From Blasia pusilla (taxonomy: Eukaryota), in the NCBI GenBank assembly GCA_050084515.1, contig CM114271.1:20150001-20214000 (forward strand): 64,000 bases of DNA. Direction: 5' to 3'. Position 1 is the first letter of the stretch. The number at the start of each line of letters is the position of its first letter. Positions 11,170 through 30,768 of this stretch are shown piece by piece. The position numbers were made by a program, and so were the translations under genes. The notes beneath the pieces are model-generated. The model was not told the DNA's origin, did no database searches, and saw only the letters and a program-made list of their open reading frames with translations.

Positions 11170-12810
11170 CTATGGATCCAACTCTCCGGCTGCTCCACGC
11201 GTCACAAGTGCGGCGGCCTCCATTTGGGCAACCCCACACATCCAACCAAGATCCTCCATATCTTTGGCTGCTCCATATGATGTCGATGCCACGAATCCGG
11301 CATTGGGTAACCTCAATGCCATAGCGGCAATCTGCTCCTGTAGCTGCTGTATCTGAGCAGCCATCCCAGCCTCACGTACGGCGTCTCCCTTGGCGCGTCT
11401 AGGTGGTGGTACTCTACCTCCTCCATGGGCAGCTCCATCACCCTGTAGGGCAACTCTAGCTCCTCGTCCCCCAACAGGACCACCTGATGCACGATCTCTA
11501 GGCCTACTCGGACCAGCTACTCGCTCTAGTGCCCTCTATGGCCCTCGGTCCAGACGTAACTCAGGATGTAAATTGAAACACCTGGTGCATGTATGACCAT
11601 ACCTATGACAATAGTCACATTGATAACCTCGTGGTGCAGCACCATCTCCTCCACCATGCTGAGGCACACGTCCGTGACCTTGACGAGTGCAATCGCGCTG
11701 ATGATGGGCTCCATCACATGACCAACAAGTAATAGTAAGCGGATGCTGCTGAGCCGCATATGAAGGCACATGTCTCTGTGGCACGGCCTCCCGGTATCCT
11801 CCCTGAGCTGGTGGTGCCACTGTCGACCTATCTTGGAGTCCACGTTGCTGCATAGGTGGTGCAGACAAATCGTGACTGCTCTCGCCCAGAACCCATGGTG
11901 GCTACGCTCTCCTCCGCCATGTTGCGCTCAATGTTCTCGGCGGTCCAAAAAACATCTCTCAAAGTAGGGGAGGTGTTCATAAGAAGCATCCCCTCCCGCA
12001 CTCGTGTCCGCAGGGTTCGGTCCAACATCGCATACCATGACTGGATAGCCTGAGCCTCCGTCACCCCCTGAGTGAAGTTGATCAACCGGCGCAAGCGAGT
12101 GTAAATCTCATGCAAAATTTCACCCGGGCGCCTCTGGAAGTCATGGATGCTCCGCAACTTCTCCGTCCGTACCTCTGGTAGCTCGCCCTCAACTCAACAA
12201 AGAACTCAACCACGGGGTTGAACTTGGGACGAACCCGACTAGATGGTGCAATTTCTCCAGTGCGAGTGACCCCTCCTAAAACATCACAAGTGGAAGAGAA
12301 AGTAGCCTCTCCTAACTCCCCCTCCTCATCTGGGAACGGCTCGTCCATGACACATAGTGTGGGTCATAGTAGAGTCGCCATCCCTCAATCTCTTGGGCCT
12401 ATCTGTGGGAGAACTCATGGTAATCGTCCATGGGCGCCTCCACTAAATGCTGGAACATGCCATTCCATGCTGTAAACGGATTGAACTCTCTAGAGTTCCT
12501 ATCCCGCTATGAGTCACACCAACTCCTAAACTCCGCAATGAAGTCGTGTAGCTCTATAGTGCCTACAGCACCCGAAAATCTACGGGATCCTCTACCCCGG
12601 TTGTCCATCTCGTTCGCCCAACTGGTAGGACCACTCAATGTGGACGGTGGATCACTAACACACTCCTCTACAGGCTCACTCTTGTCTGAAGACAACACAG
12701 AAGGAGATCGAGGTGGTCTCTCACGTGGAGACCCTCGAAACCTCGCACCACTTCGAGTAAACCCTCTAGAGGTACTCTCAAGTCCACTACCTCGCCTCTC
12801 AAAATCCTGA
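11170..12810 (-). pseudogene. gag: gag region of G2 with two zinc knuckles
   Basis: FSGAVGTIELHDFIAEFRSWCD; GEILHEIYTRLRRLINFTQGVTEAQAIQ; knuckles CWSCDGAHHQRDC and CDYCHRYGHTCTRCFNLHP. Collinear with the G1 gag. Confidence 0.87.
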
Positions 12811-14539
12811 AAGGACGCCGTGATGGCCCTCGTGCCCCTCTCACACGATCACTCTCAATCTCGTGAGTAATCCCTCAATCACTCAAACTAAATACGCGGC
12901 ACTCAATCTACACTCTTTGACTGAGACATGTGTTGTGCGGCAACAAGCAATGTGGTGAGGAAAATCAACCAATCTATCATCTCATCGACAAACCATCCTC
13001 AACTCTGGAAATCCCACACATGTCTATGTCCCCTAAACCCATACATCATCGATGCTACTAGCATCAGCACGAAACGTAATATCCCAAATAACTTCCCAAT
13101 ATCCGGAAATCCCTCACACGTGTAGGGTAAGTGACCATAATGGATAACTTGACAATAATATCGATATCTCTCCTTGGAAATTGCAAATCTCAACCCTGAA
13201 TTGGTCGTGAAGACAACTCCTCCAATCAACAAGTCGTACTCCTCTCATACTGACGCTGGTCAAACCTCCTCGATGTGCGGTGTAGGTCCAGCGGTCCTGT
13301 GCGGCACTGGCGGCACGGAACGACTACAAACGGCACGGCACTCGGCGGCATACCCTCCTCAATCAGAAATTCATATGCTCTGCACCTTAGTGAAGGAGAG
13401 GCTCCGCGATCGAGATGGTGCGGTGCGGCCACATGCGACACGGCGCGGCAATTGGCGGCGCGTTGCGGCTACGGACATCACGGCATGGTACTCAATCATC
13501 TTCAAGCAGCTGCCAATCCCAACATAGCAACATGAAATGATAACTCAAACACCATAACCGAGGTCACTTGCCATCATTGGTTGATGACAAAATTGCGATG
13601 ACGGTGGCGGCCAAACGTTAGAGAATCAACGGTGGTCGTGGAAGACCCTCCACTCCGTAATGGCAGAAATGGCAACCAAAGGGTGGACAACGGTCGAATG
13701 CAGCTCTAAAAAATGCTAGGCAACAGCAACAACCAACAGTGGAAGGTGGACCGTTGAAGGTGACGGTTGACCATTGATGGTGGACCGTTAATGGTGACTA
13801 TGACGGCGGCGGCAGGTTTAGGGTTTGAACAATTTAACCCTAAAAATTGCCTAGCAAAGGCATTTTTGCAAGATTGACCATAACTTTGCACCGGTTTGTT
13901 GCATATATGCACAGCTTTAGGATCTACAAGAATGTCAAAAAATATTTGAAATTGGACATTCCAGTAAAAACTTACGCGGACTGTCGTAAAGCCAAATGTC
14001 TCTTTCTCCTACACATAATTTGGCAGCGCTTCCGCGCTGATTTCTCCCAACGAAAATGTAAAACATGTGAGAACACAAATCAGCAAGCTACATGGTGCTC
14101 CCAAGACCACCAGCATGGGGCAACCTATCCCCATACTCAATCCCTATCAAAAATTGGGCAGCGCTCCTGCGCGCCACTCTCCCATACGAAAAATCGGCAA
14201 AGGAAACATCACAAGTAAGCGGCTCTTGCTCCGGTGAGCACTTCCATGAACCACTGAGCAATGAATACGATCCCCAACCTGCCAAACCAGCGAGTGATTA
14301 GCGAGCTCCCCCATGAAGCTCTCTCACTCACTCATTCTCTCTTTGTAAAGTAAGATCCAATCTCTCTCACAACACCATAGTTCTCACATGTGTGCACTCT
14401 CACATGTCTCTCTCAACGTCAAACCAAAGCCACTCTCCTAATAAAAGGTTTGGGTTACACATACAAGGCAAGCAAGAACATAGCTCCCCCGCCTCATGCC
14501 AAGAGGTTCAACAAAAAGAGAATGAGCTCTCAAGCTCTC

Positions 14540-14861
14540 TCTCCTTGAGGCATACCCCTCCCCTCTCCCAAGCTCTCTCCATGGTAACCTATGCTCCCAA
14601 GTCACCTCCTTGGCTCTTGACCTGATGTAGGAGGTCAAGGGTCACTTACCAAAAATATATAATTGATCATATATTCAAAATGGTATGCCTAAAATAGTAA
14701 GTTCCTCAATATGGCTCCAAATGAACCGAAACGAAAGGGGAACCTACTCTCTCAGGTTTCCCCGAGCCTCAGCAGGTCATCCTCGACCTACTGAGCCTGT
14801 TCTCCACTACTCACGAAGGCACTCTACTAGATCTCATCGATCTTTCCTAAAATATGTGACA
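14540..14861 (-). repeat. Start of the 5' LTR of G2
   Basis: Ends in ...AATATGTGACA on the plus strand and aligns by eye over about 300 bp with 22000-22314, which ends in ...AATACGTGACA. Confidence 0.7.
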
Positions 14862-15525
14862 GATGGGAGGAGCCAACGAAGTATTTGCTTGACCATTGCC
14901 CAACTGGATTTATTCCCTTGATCAAATCATGGAGAACTTAGTCTATTTGATCAAAATCCAAAGGGGATTACCACATCGACATGGTTGCTTTGGCTAGTAA
15001 AGGACTTAATATAAGAAGAGCTTTTAATGATGACTATGAATCTTCGTTAGGAGTTATGAGCATATACTTATACATGTTCTATCCCTAAATGTTCTTCTAA
15101 GTTGATTTACAGGTGTGTGCACGAAATATGGTGGTTATGCTCTTGTTTTATTGTTTACTCTTTCCTCCTCTCTCTTCATTATTCAATAATGAAGAGAGAG
15201 GAGGAAAGAGTAAACAATGAAACAAGACAAAATTTCTATTTGATCAAAATCCAAGGGGGAATCCAAAGTTTGTTCCAATTATCATACATATTCACGGTTT
15301 TTACTTTTTTGAATAATTTTTTGAATTACTTTTGATTTATACATCGGTAGAAACTACTTAGACCTTTTCTTGAAAATTCTTTCAATTACCTTTATTTCTC
15401 TCAAAACCCCTCACAAACTATTTGTACCATTGTACTCCTTTGCAACTTATAAGTAGGGCATCGTAATTAGCTCCAAAGAATGAGACTTAACCTGGCAAGA
15501 TAAGTCACCGGAGTTTTATGTGGAC

Positions 15526-16153
15526 CATGGTTGCACAAAAATGGACAAGTCCATCCCTAGGACGGACATGGATAGACAAGTTTGGACATGTCTATGGACA
15601 TGGATTGCAAATAGTGGGGCCCACACTTATAGTTTATGGTGGAAGGCATGGCAAGGGTGAGTGGGGCAATAAAGGGGGGAGGACGTGGAGACGGGAGAAA
15701 GAAGAAAAGAGAAAGTGTGGATCACGAAGGCAAGTGGGAAGGATAAGAAAGAAGAAGTAGATGGGGGTCCACATGGACAAGTCCTTCTATAGGATGGACA
15801 TAAGTCCATAAACATGTGCATGTGTGCGGACACAAAAATTTTCCATATGCAACCTCGGCCCTTAAGGCAGACATAGACGGACAAGTATGGATACGTTCAC
15901 ATACATGGATCGCAAGAGATGGAGCCCATACTTATAGTTTGTGGTTGAAGGCAAGGAAAGGGCACGCACAACAATAAGGAGGGAGGGATTGGAGATGGAG
16001 GAAGGAAGAAACGGGAAAGTGCCGAACATGGAGGCAAGTGGGGGGGATCAGGGATAAGAAAGAAAGAGGAGATGGGATCCACATGGACGAGTCCTTCCAT
16101 ATGAGGGACCTGGACATGCCCGTGGATACAGACTTTCTCCATATCTAACCTTA
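15526..16153 (+). mobile_element. hAT-type MITE, head-to-tail dimer
   Basis: TIR CATGGTTGCA at 15526, first unit ends TGCAACCTCG at 15857, second unit ends CTAACCTTA at 16153. Degenerate 8-bp flanks ATGTGGAC / TTGTGGAT. Homologous to 28564-28870 and 30487-30768. Confidence 0.7.
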
Positions 16154-16958
16154 TTGTGGATATCCCACATAAAGAAAAAACGAAGAAGGATTAGTAGGGG
16201 TGTTGCTACATAGAGATCAAAATTGGTATGATTGTTATGTGTTGGTGAAGTAGAATAAAATATTATAAACATGAGTTGAAGGTGAGGGCGTTGTATGTGG
16301 CTATGGCTTGATCATTATCTTATCTTTTTGTGTCTTACTTGCTTCCTTTGCTACTTAATTGCTTATGTATGGTCTTATGTGAGATCATATTTTTTGAAGG
16401 TTTTTTTTGCGTGTTTCCAGTCAAAATCCAATAAAAACTCATCAAAATTAGCTCCACATTAAAAATAATTTAATGAATTTCACGTCACTCTCTTCATTTT
16501 TTTAGAGCATGTTTTTCTCTAGTGAATACCCATAAGGATGCACACAAGTAAATATTTTATAATAATGTGCAATAATGGTTGATCCAATCCCTATTAAAAA
16601 TCGCTTATGTTAAGAAGAATCTACAAGATGTCAAGGCAACGTTGAAGGGTTAATTTTTTTAAGTTTAAGACTAACACCAACACATAATAATCATACTAAT
16701 ACATATGAAGCTAACAATGAGTTTCAATTCATTCTAAACCTGATAGATGATGATGATATTACTATGATTTTTATTCACCTTGAATCCACTACTTTTTATT
16801 TATGTAGAGATGTAAAAGAGAGGAAATTGCAAGAATGGTGTCTTATCCATATATATCGCTACAAAATATATATCGCTGTCGCCAAACACACACACAACCA
16901 CACATAATCCCATGCTAACTCATGGTATCCAAACATCGAGACGATATGTCTCCAATTG

Positions 16959-22314
<5,356 letters not shown>

Positions 22315-25300
22315 ATGGAAGGATAATATTTCAAAATTCTTTGAAAATTGGACCAGAACTCAAAAGGCCCAATATTGAACTCACCAATGAATGTTGTTGG
22401 AGGTTAAACTTGGATTGGATAATGAAAATATAGTAAAAATCCAATGAAACTTTGTACTCGTGGAATTAGCACATTAGTTTTGGAAGGGAAATGAGGTGAG
22501 AAGCAAAAGAAGTCGAAGATTAATGATAACTATGACTTTCATCAACATAAAATTATATGATCATCTACAGACTCTACCAATACTACCACTTCCCAACATA
22601 CTAAAGTCAAATATTTGCAAGATAATCAAACAAACAAAAATCTTGAAGTTTTGTTGATGTTCATGAGCCATTTGAAAGTACCTGAGCTAGGTATAAAAAT
22701 AACATGTTAATTGTATACCTTATTTTTGCAAGGTTATCCATATATCCTTCAAACTTCAAAAAGGTTATGAGAAAAGGATCTAATACATGTGTAATGTTAG
22801 GTGGAAGGAGTTGGGAGCAATTAGCAAAAAATAAAAGTTTACAACCCCCACTCTTTCCCTTTCAAAATAACAATAATAGTTTATTTGTGCCAGTAAATTG
22901 AAAGTTTGGATATGAATAGCATGTAAGGAACCGAGTACAAAGAAAATCTAAAAGGTGGAGAATCCACCTATGATTGAAAGAATAGGCATAGAGAGTTGGA
23001 TAACTTAAAGTGAAAAGAATCGAGGAGATCAATATGTACCTTTTCTAGCTATGTTCATTCTTGGCTTGTCTCAGACACTAAATTAAAATGGATATCTACC
23101 TCCCTTGCAAATACAGTCCTCATGGTAAATACATTCATGTTGGAAGGTTGGTAGATATCTTCCAACACCAAGGGAAAATATGGAAAATATACTAGCCAAT
23201 ATGGAGATTTATGGATCATTTTTGTAAATGGATGCTCGGAAAATAGGCAAATTCATTCTACATGATTTTTATTCTATTGGATTGCATGAAGACAATAGAG
23301 AGAAGATGCATAATTGAGTAGTGCTCCTATGAAGATTGCTCAACATTCTTACAGCTTATCAAGGCATTATGAATTATATCTAATAGATGGATTGTTTATA
23401 TATTTATCATGTATATTTATGAAAAATGAAAAATTATCCCATATTATTTTTTGTACCAATTGTCTTGGATGGCCAATATAGTGTGATTATCATCACGTGT
23501 GGTGCAATGCTTGCAAAGAAGAGTGAAATTGGACATAGTTTTGTGATAACCTTTGTAGGTTGATTGTTGGAATCTATCATAAGCATATTGTATTCATGTC
23601 CAGTAGATTAAAACCTTTGCTTATTGGAGAGAGAAATACTTTCTCTCTCTTTTTCTTTCCAGATATGTCAAAATACGCACCATAATTTTGGTGATATCAC
23701 TAAAAATTTGTTTATGCTAATATAGAACAAAGCTATGTAAATTTTTTCATTGAGAATTTTTACTTTATCCTCTATGTGAATTCCAACACATTATCATTGT
23801 ACACATATTTCATTTTGAAGAGTTGATTCTAAGATTTCTCAAATTTGGCTCAATTTCCATATTTTAAAAATACTTCTATAGAAAAAATTCCAATGATTAC
23901 TTCTATCGTGTATTTTCCACGATTAAAATCTTTCTTAGTACATAGTTATTTTAAGAACTTACTCAAGACTAAGAATTTCCATTTTCTACACTCATGTTTA
24001 TTTAAGGGGGAATATAAGCACAACATTTTTTTGATTTGTTGATTGTTTTCGACTATAGTAAACACACCCTCAAATATTATGTAAGGCATTTTCTTCCCCT
24101 CTTGTGAGGTGCGTGCAAGATTTATCATCCCCATGAAGGTGATAAATTTTGCATTCAAATTTATATGAAGATTTGCATCATCAAGGATAGGTATAGAAGT
24201 ATGATACTACATCCAAGCTAAGTTCATTATCTACATGGAGAAGGTGGAAGAGGAATCAGATGTCTTGACTAATCTTGCACAAGGAAAATCTTACCAAGTC
24301 AAACCCATAAATCCATAAGTGAAGTGTGGAACGTGCACATAGTAAGTGAACGTGAAACAATTTTTTTCAAGTTGCATTAATATATATAATAAATATATCT
24401 TTAGGCTTGGAAATTTTCATTTAGAAAAATATTGTGCATATAAAGAGGTACAAGTGATGGGTTGGTTGGATGTTCATGTGATGGCATAGGATAAACTAGT
24501 ATGGAGGGGTCTAATGAAAATTTACTGGATGGTTTAATGATATCTATTACTTAGGCATTGAAATAGATGAAAATGAAAATTTCATACTCTCTTATTTGGG
24601 AACTACAGTCATGTCTAGATAATATAATAATTTAAAATTAAAAAATTCAAGCATTCCACATATTTTGTATGTATAAATCTTTACCAAACTCGTATATAGT
24701 GTCAGAATTACAAAATTTTGCACCAATAATTCAGATTATGGAACATAGTATTTAAGTATGATTCAAATAAGATCCATCTAGAAACGAGTATATGCATGAA
24801 GAGAGAGCTCAATGGTAATAAAAAGGGGGATTTTGATAGATAAATGACCCTCAATCATTGGCTTGGAAGTTATTGTGCTTGGGTCTTTTAGGCGTGACTT
24901 AAAAAATTAGGTATCATCTAGACTTGATAATTTAAAGTTCCACCAATTATTGCAAGCTTTTTGGGTGATTGAGGGTCATATTACTCAAACTCTTTTATGG
25001 ATTGAATGAAAACTAACTTTTTGTCCTACACAATTTGACATCCATCCAAGCTTGGATAATATCTTATATGCAATTTTGCAATAGCATTTTCAAGCCTCTT
25101 GCAATAAAGTTACTAGGATTAAATACTTGACTCCTTGTTGCATTATACTTGTAATTACTAATTTGAAGAGCCATAAATTCCTCAAGGGATTTAATTTACT
25201 TTGGTTGTCCTTTTGGGGTATTGATTTCATAATAGTCGGCTAAATATCATGGTAAACTACATAGGTTACTTTAGTTTTTGACCATGTATACATATGTATA

Positions 25301-28300
25301 AAATATGAAAGAAAAGAGTGAAATTTCCGTTGCATAATTAAGAAACTATCTGATCGAATAAATAGAAAAATGAATTATAGAAAAATGAACCCATAGCAAT
25401 TAAAATCCATTAAAAATATTAAATTTTAGAGAAGCATAATAAATGAGCCTACTTAAAACAACATGATGAGGAGAATCCAAATGAAAGTCCATAGTCTAGA
25501 CCATTTTTTCCCCATAAATTGAACTTTTAATTGATACCCTCTCTAAATTTAATGTCTATTCCCCAAATGATGAAATAAGATAATAATACATTTTATTTCA
25601 AAAAATCCTATCCAAAGTAGAATGTTCTAAATTTTTATGAAAAAATTAATTCTTAAAATATAATTGCATCTTCTTATTACAAATTTTGCAACAGATCAAT
25701 TATAAAACTAAAAAAACATAAATTCATGATCTTGAAAGACATGTGAATATTTTTTGATGTAAAGTGGAAAAGTTATGTGATAAGTAGAATATTAAGCAAA
25801 TGAAACTCTATTGAAGACCAAAGCCCATAACAATACACCTCCAAATCTTGAATGCACATATGTAAGCTTAGGTTGTGGCTAAAGTTTAGGCTTTTTAAAA
25901 AACTTACTAAGAAGATAATTATTTACGAAAAGAGTTCTTAATCCGTATATTAAATTTTTGGACTAGGAAATTTATGTTATGAGTTGCACACATTACATTG
26001 ATGGGTCTCGGCACCTCATTGAAAATGTGAGAATGGGTTGTTATAGGAAAACAAAAATGAATACAAGCTTGGTGGGAGAGTTCCAAGATTTTCAACCCTA
26101 TAACGAGGTCCCACCAAATATCCATGTCTCCATTCAATATAATAAATTTTAATATTCTAATTTACATGAAAATAAAAAGCATAAACCATTTTTAAATTTA
26201 GAAATACCGATAAGGAGAAATAATTTTGATTTTCTAAGGGAAATTAAGACATATCATTTATATTTTGGATTCAAAGGGATGGATTATTGGAATATTAAAA
26301 ATTGGTGAGATAAAATTTTAGGGAATGTATCTCAATGCATATCTTTTCAATATTCAACTTTAATAGTGGTAAGAATTTAGTATCTAGCATTTATTTTAAT
26401 TAAAAATTTATCATAAAGTGTGGAAAAAGTCAATGGATGAAAAGAAAATGAAATATGATCAAATAATTTTATAAGAATAATTATTTCATAATTATTTCAT
26501 AAATTTCTTGGATAATTTTTAAAAAATAGCAAGGGGAAAGAGTATGGAAATTCCATCAAATTCACACTGAAAAAATCAGATCTCTTTATTTTTCAAATTA
26601 AAAAATAAAGAAAATTAATCTTATTCTCAAAGGTAAGAAAAATGGAAAAACAAAGAAATAGGCATATATCACCCATGACTAATTGAGGAACTTCTTACTT
26701 GTTGTTATGAGTTTTGCCAACTAAAAATAATATCACAGCTTATTAGGGTAGGACAAATAAACAACATTACAATTTCTTAAAGCTAGTTTTAGAGTCGCTA
26801 ATTAATGGCCAATGCAATGCACAAAAAATCTATGTTTATTTTTTATAAATAAGATTGGAGTTCGTATTATAAAATTTATGTAAATAAATCTTAATTAGTC
26901 AAATTTGAATGAGTATCTCAGATTTATGATTGAATTTTAAACATAAGAAATACATGAATAACTTAAGCGTTTGAGAAAATGATACTATACATAGATAATT
27001 TTATATTCATTAACCTAAATAATAACATAGGCCAGGGAAATATCTTTGCATATTTCTATGCATCTTTTGTTTATTTCAAGAAGCAAGTCTTTGAAATTAT
27101 ATAGAAAGTGGTAGTCAAATTTTCATCAATTAAAATTTTTAAGTTCTAAAGAGACCAAATAGTATTAAACCTATTAAGAAAATAAAATTTTATCTAAATA
27201 ATTAATTGAGGAAGTGGAATTATTATGAAAGGAAAAGAAGTGAAGTTCTTTTGGAATGAGAAATTTGAGTTGCTTTATTCTATTTTATGGAAGAAAATAA
27301 GACGAGCCATTTAGTTATATGTGGTTATGTATGAATGAAACATTAATAATCGTATCCCTTTAAAATTTGAAAAAAGGGATGAAAAAAAAACATGGATGCA
27401 ATATTTTCACTTTATAGAGATATCAAAATTTAGAATATTATTGGAATATATTATTAAAATTTAGAATATTCTTGGAAAAACATAGGCTTAATATAAAATA
27501 GATAAACTACTTTTTTTATGATCAAAATGTATGTTAGATAATAAATTAAATATGAGCATCAACATACAAAATTGGATGCTACGTATATCCAATATAATAG
27601 CCTAAAGTAAGAAAAAAAGGCATTGGGATGATGATGGTGTATGTGGAGTATAAAAATGAAGGTTGGTGTCTTGCTATCTATCATGGATAAGATTCCATGT
27701 GATTTTTCTTTGTATATTATGGCTTCTTATGGTGAAACTTATGGTAATATAGTGACAAGTTCAATGACGAAAACTTGTTGAAAGACTTTTTCATTTGACG
27801 TAGGCCTTAACTTTATTTATAAAATAATGTAAGAATGCCATATCTGAGCTGACCTGTTAAGATAGATTATTGGGGATTCTGATAGGGAGTATATAAAAAG
27901 GTGGAGGAATCATGTAATGAGGGATGAATACAATATGAGACTCTACAACATAATAGCAAAAAGGTGTCATTTTTTCATTTAGTAACTAACCTTGAATCCT
28001 GCAAGCTTATGACTAAGGATGGGTTTATAAGACAAAACTAGTCGTGTAGTTGGCAAGATTGAATGAGTGAAGGGATTGCATGAGGTTGAGTGTAAGATCT
28101 CATAAGATGCATATTATCCCCCCAATGAGGCATGTTCCTTGAACCTTGACCTCTCCTCACGTCGTCGGTATGAGCCACCGTGCGATGGCTAATTCTTCAA
28201 GGTGGGTTTTGAACACTCTCACAACTCACAACTTGAAATAATTGCGGCTAAGATGAAATCTACCTAAGCCATAATCCTAGAAGTAAATGATTAGGGAGGG

Positions 28301-28563
28301 ATAGTGCCATCTCCAACAAATAATTATGGGTTTATCTAGGTTTCCTCCCCTTTCCAATTATCTACTTCTAGCCCCTTTTTTTTCCCTCAATACAAACATA
28401 GATCATGACTCCCAACTTCCCAATTTGGCTAGTTGAGACCCAAAGTGGCTTTCGTGAGTCTCATGGGTGTTCTATTGCCACATCTTGAGTGCCCAAACCT
28501 TCCTTGGAATCTTTCCTTATGTTTTGTACCTCTCATGACTAACTGCCAATCTTTGCTCTAAAT

Positions 28564-28870
28564 CAAGGTTGCATGTGGACAAAGTCCATGTCCGCGGACA
28601 TGTCGATATTCGTGGACTTGCGTCCGTCATATGGAAGGAATTATCCATATGGGCCCCATCTTCCCATTTTATTTCATTCCCCCCACTTGCCATCGTGTTC
28701 CATACTCTCCCTTTTCTTCCTACTCCACCTCAACTCCCTCCCCTCTTATTTCCCCACTTGTCCTTGCCATACCTTCCATCATGAACTATAAATAAAGTCC
28801 CACCTCTTGCAATCCATGTCCTTGGACATGTCATGACTTGTTCGTCCATGTCCGTACTTGTGCAACCATG
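28564..28870 (-). mobile_element. hAT-type MITE, inverted copy
   Basis: TIRs CAAGGTTGCA...TGCAACCATG. The body is the reverse complement of the 15526 and 30487 copies. No clear TSD. Confidence 0.75.
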
Positions 28871-30486
28871 CTCATGGTTTTGGCATCCCATAATTGGTCT
28901 CTGTCACCCTTTGCATTTCATGATTAGTCTTATGGCACTGCCACCCATCTTGACTATTCATAAAATCCAAAACACTTTCTCTTAAAAAATCACTTTCCCT
29001 GGGGATACTAAACTTATATTATTTTCCCGTTTAGTCCCCCAAAACCATTTTTCTCCTTTCTCTTAAGACTTTTCTTAAGGTGCTTCATTGTCTCGACTAG
29101 TGATATTCTTGTAGCTTAGTCGTATGTCCTTTGGTCTCTTGGTTTTCTCTCAAGGCTAGTCTCTTATCTTGATATGTCTCTTGGAGAATTACTTCTCCAA
29201 GGAAAATATCGAGATTTTTCTCATGGTTTCCATACCCATCTTGATTGGTCCTTTGTCTCTCAATTGGATTTATAAAACTCCCCACCATCTCCCAATCTCA
29301 CAATTAGCTAGTCTTATTTTGGCCTTTGTGAGAAGAAACAAGGTTGATCTTCCTTTGAATCACAATTACATTTCTCCTTTTGGATCCTTGCTAGCACGTG
29401 TTTATAAGATTTAGCAATTCAAAACGTAATAAGCTCAAAAATAAAATAATATACTCCAAATTCTTCTTTGTTGTGGATCAAATCTCCATCACTCTCCCAA
29501 AGCCTTCCTAGATAACAAGTAAATAAAATCTAGCAATAAGCTAGGGTGCTACTTTAAGCCAAGGGACCTCTTTCCTCATCAAGTAAAATTGGCTAAAGCC
29601 ACAAATTAGAAGACCTTGCTTATATGGGAAACTATGTCAAATTGGGCGCAAATAGCCCCAAAATAGGGATGAACTTATTCACTTAAGTTATTATCCACTC
29701 TATTGCAAAGTAGTGAGTTTCCCATGAGATACAAAATATAGAAATATTTTTAAATTTTTTCTTTTCCATTTTTATAACCACATTTTCCGACTATTGTTAT
29801 TCTATGGCATTCTCGACAATAATTACAACAGTGAAGCTCAAGCTCACATGGATTCTAGTATGTATATGGATATTCTTCAATATGAAATTCTGGCTATGGA
29901 AAAAAAAACTTATACTTGTGATTTATGGGATCTATCAATTACTCAATCGTGAACCAATAGCAAATTATACCATCAAAATATCTTCTCATGACGTAAGGTC
30001 AAGCCATGAACTTCACGAGGTTGCACATTGGCCTATTAACTATGACGTGAGTTTGGGGAAGATCAATTTTTTCTCTGGGAAGTTTGGATACCCACAAGTA
30101 TCGAGACAACATATACTCACTCTGGAAAAATGAAATTATTATAAATTACAAGACTAATCAAAGTAGAGCTTGAATTTCTTACCTCGATTCAAAAGTGCAA
30201 CAATAGACGCTTCCACCTTCTCTCTCCCATGAACTTTAGCAAGTCCTCCAGATTTCACCACGTTGTAAAAATTCTCTAACAAACATCAAGTCCTATAGAT
30301 TTTCACTTTGAACGAAGACCTCCTCCTTTTCTCTCCCTCTAACTATAATGTTATATGTTGGGACTTCACCAACTACAATGGTTAGAAACCTAAAGGTGTT
30401 TTGATGAGATAGTAAAAGATGGCCAAAAGCATAACTACACAAAGGCTTCATAACCCAAGAGACACATGTACACAACTGAGTTACAT

Positions 30487-30768
30487 CATGGTTGCACCAA
30501 AAAGGACATAGATGGACAAGTTTGGATATGTCCACGGATATGGATTCCAAAATATGGGACCCACAACTATAATTCATGGTGGAAGGAAGGGCGAGGGCAA
30601 GAGGGGAAATAAAGGGGAAGGGAGTGGGGGTGGGAGGAGGAAGAAACGAGAAAGTGTGGATTAAGAAGGAGGGATGAGAAAGAAGGCAGAGATGGGGCCC
30701 GCATGGACAAGTCCTTTATAGAACAGATGTAAGTCCATAAACATGGACTTTGTCCATATGCAACCTTG
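30487..30768 (+). mobile_element. hAT-type MITE with a perfect 8-bp target site duplication
   Basis: TIRs CATGGTTGCA...TGCAACCTTG, with AGTTACAT at 30479-30486 and at 30769-30776. An 8-bp TSD is typical of hAT elements. Confidence 0.88.

Larger units (their letters stand above)
8862..14861 (-). mobile_element. Second DNMT-carrying Ty3/Gypsy element (G2), 5' half only, interrupted in RT by G1
   Basis: gag, protease, MTase and RT N-terminus are homologous to G1 but diverged. The RT stops abruptly at IGHAKV, directly at the TGTCA of G1. An LTR-like start TGTCAC is at 14861. Confidence 0.88.

Noticed and set aside
14941-15262. Direct repeat of about 25 bp (TCTATTTGATCAAAATCCAA.GGGGA) about 290 bp apart
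   Set aside because: Only two copies and no recognisable element between them; it cannot be interpreted.
22315-28500. Long AT-rich region with short ORFs
   Set aside because: No protein motifs, TIRs or tandem structure that I can support; probably decayed repeats.
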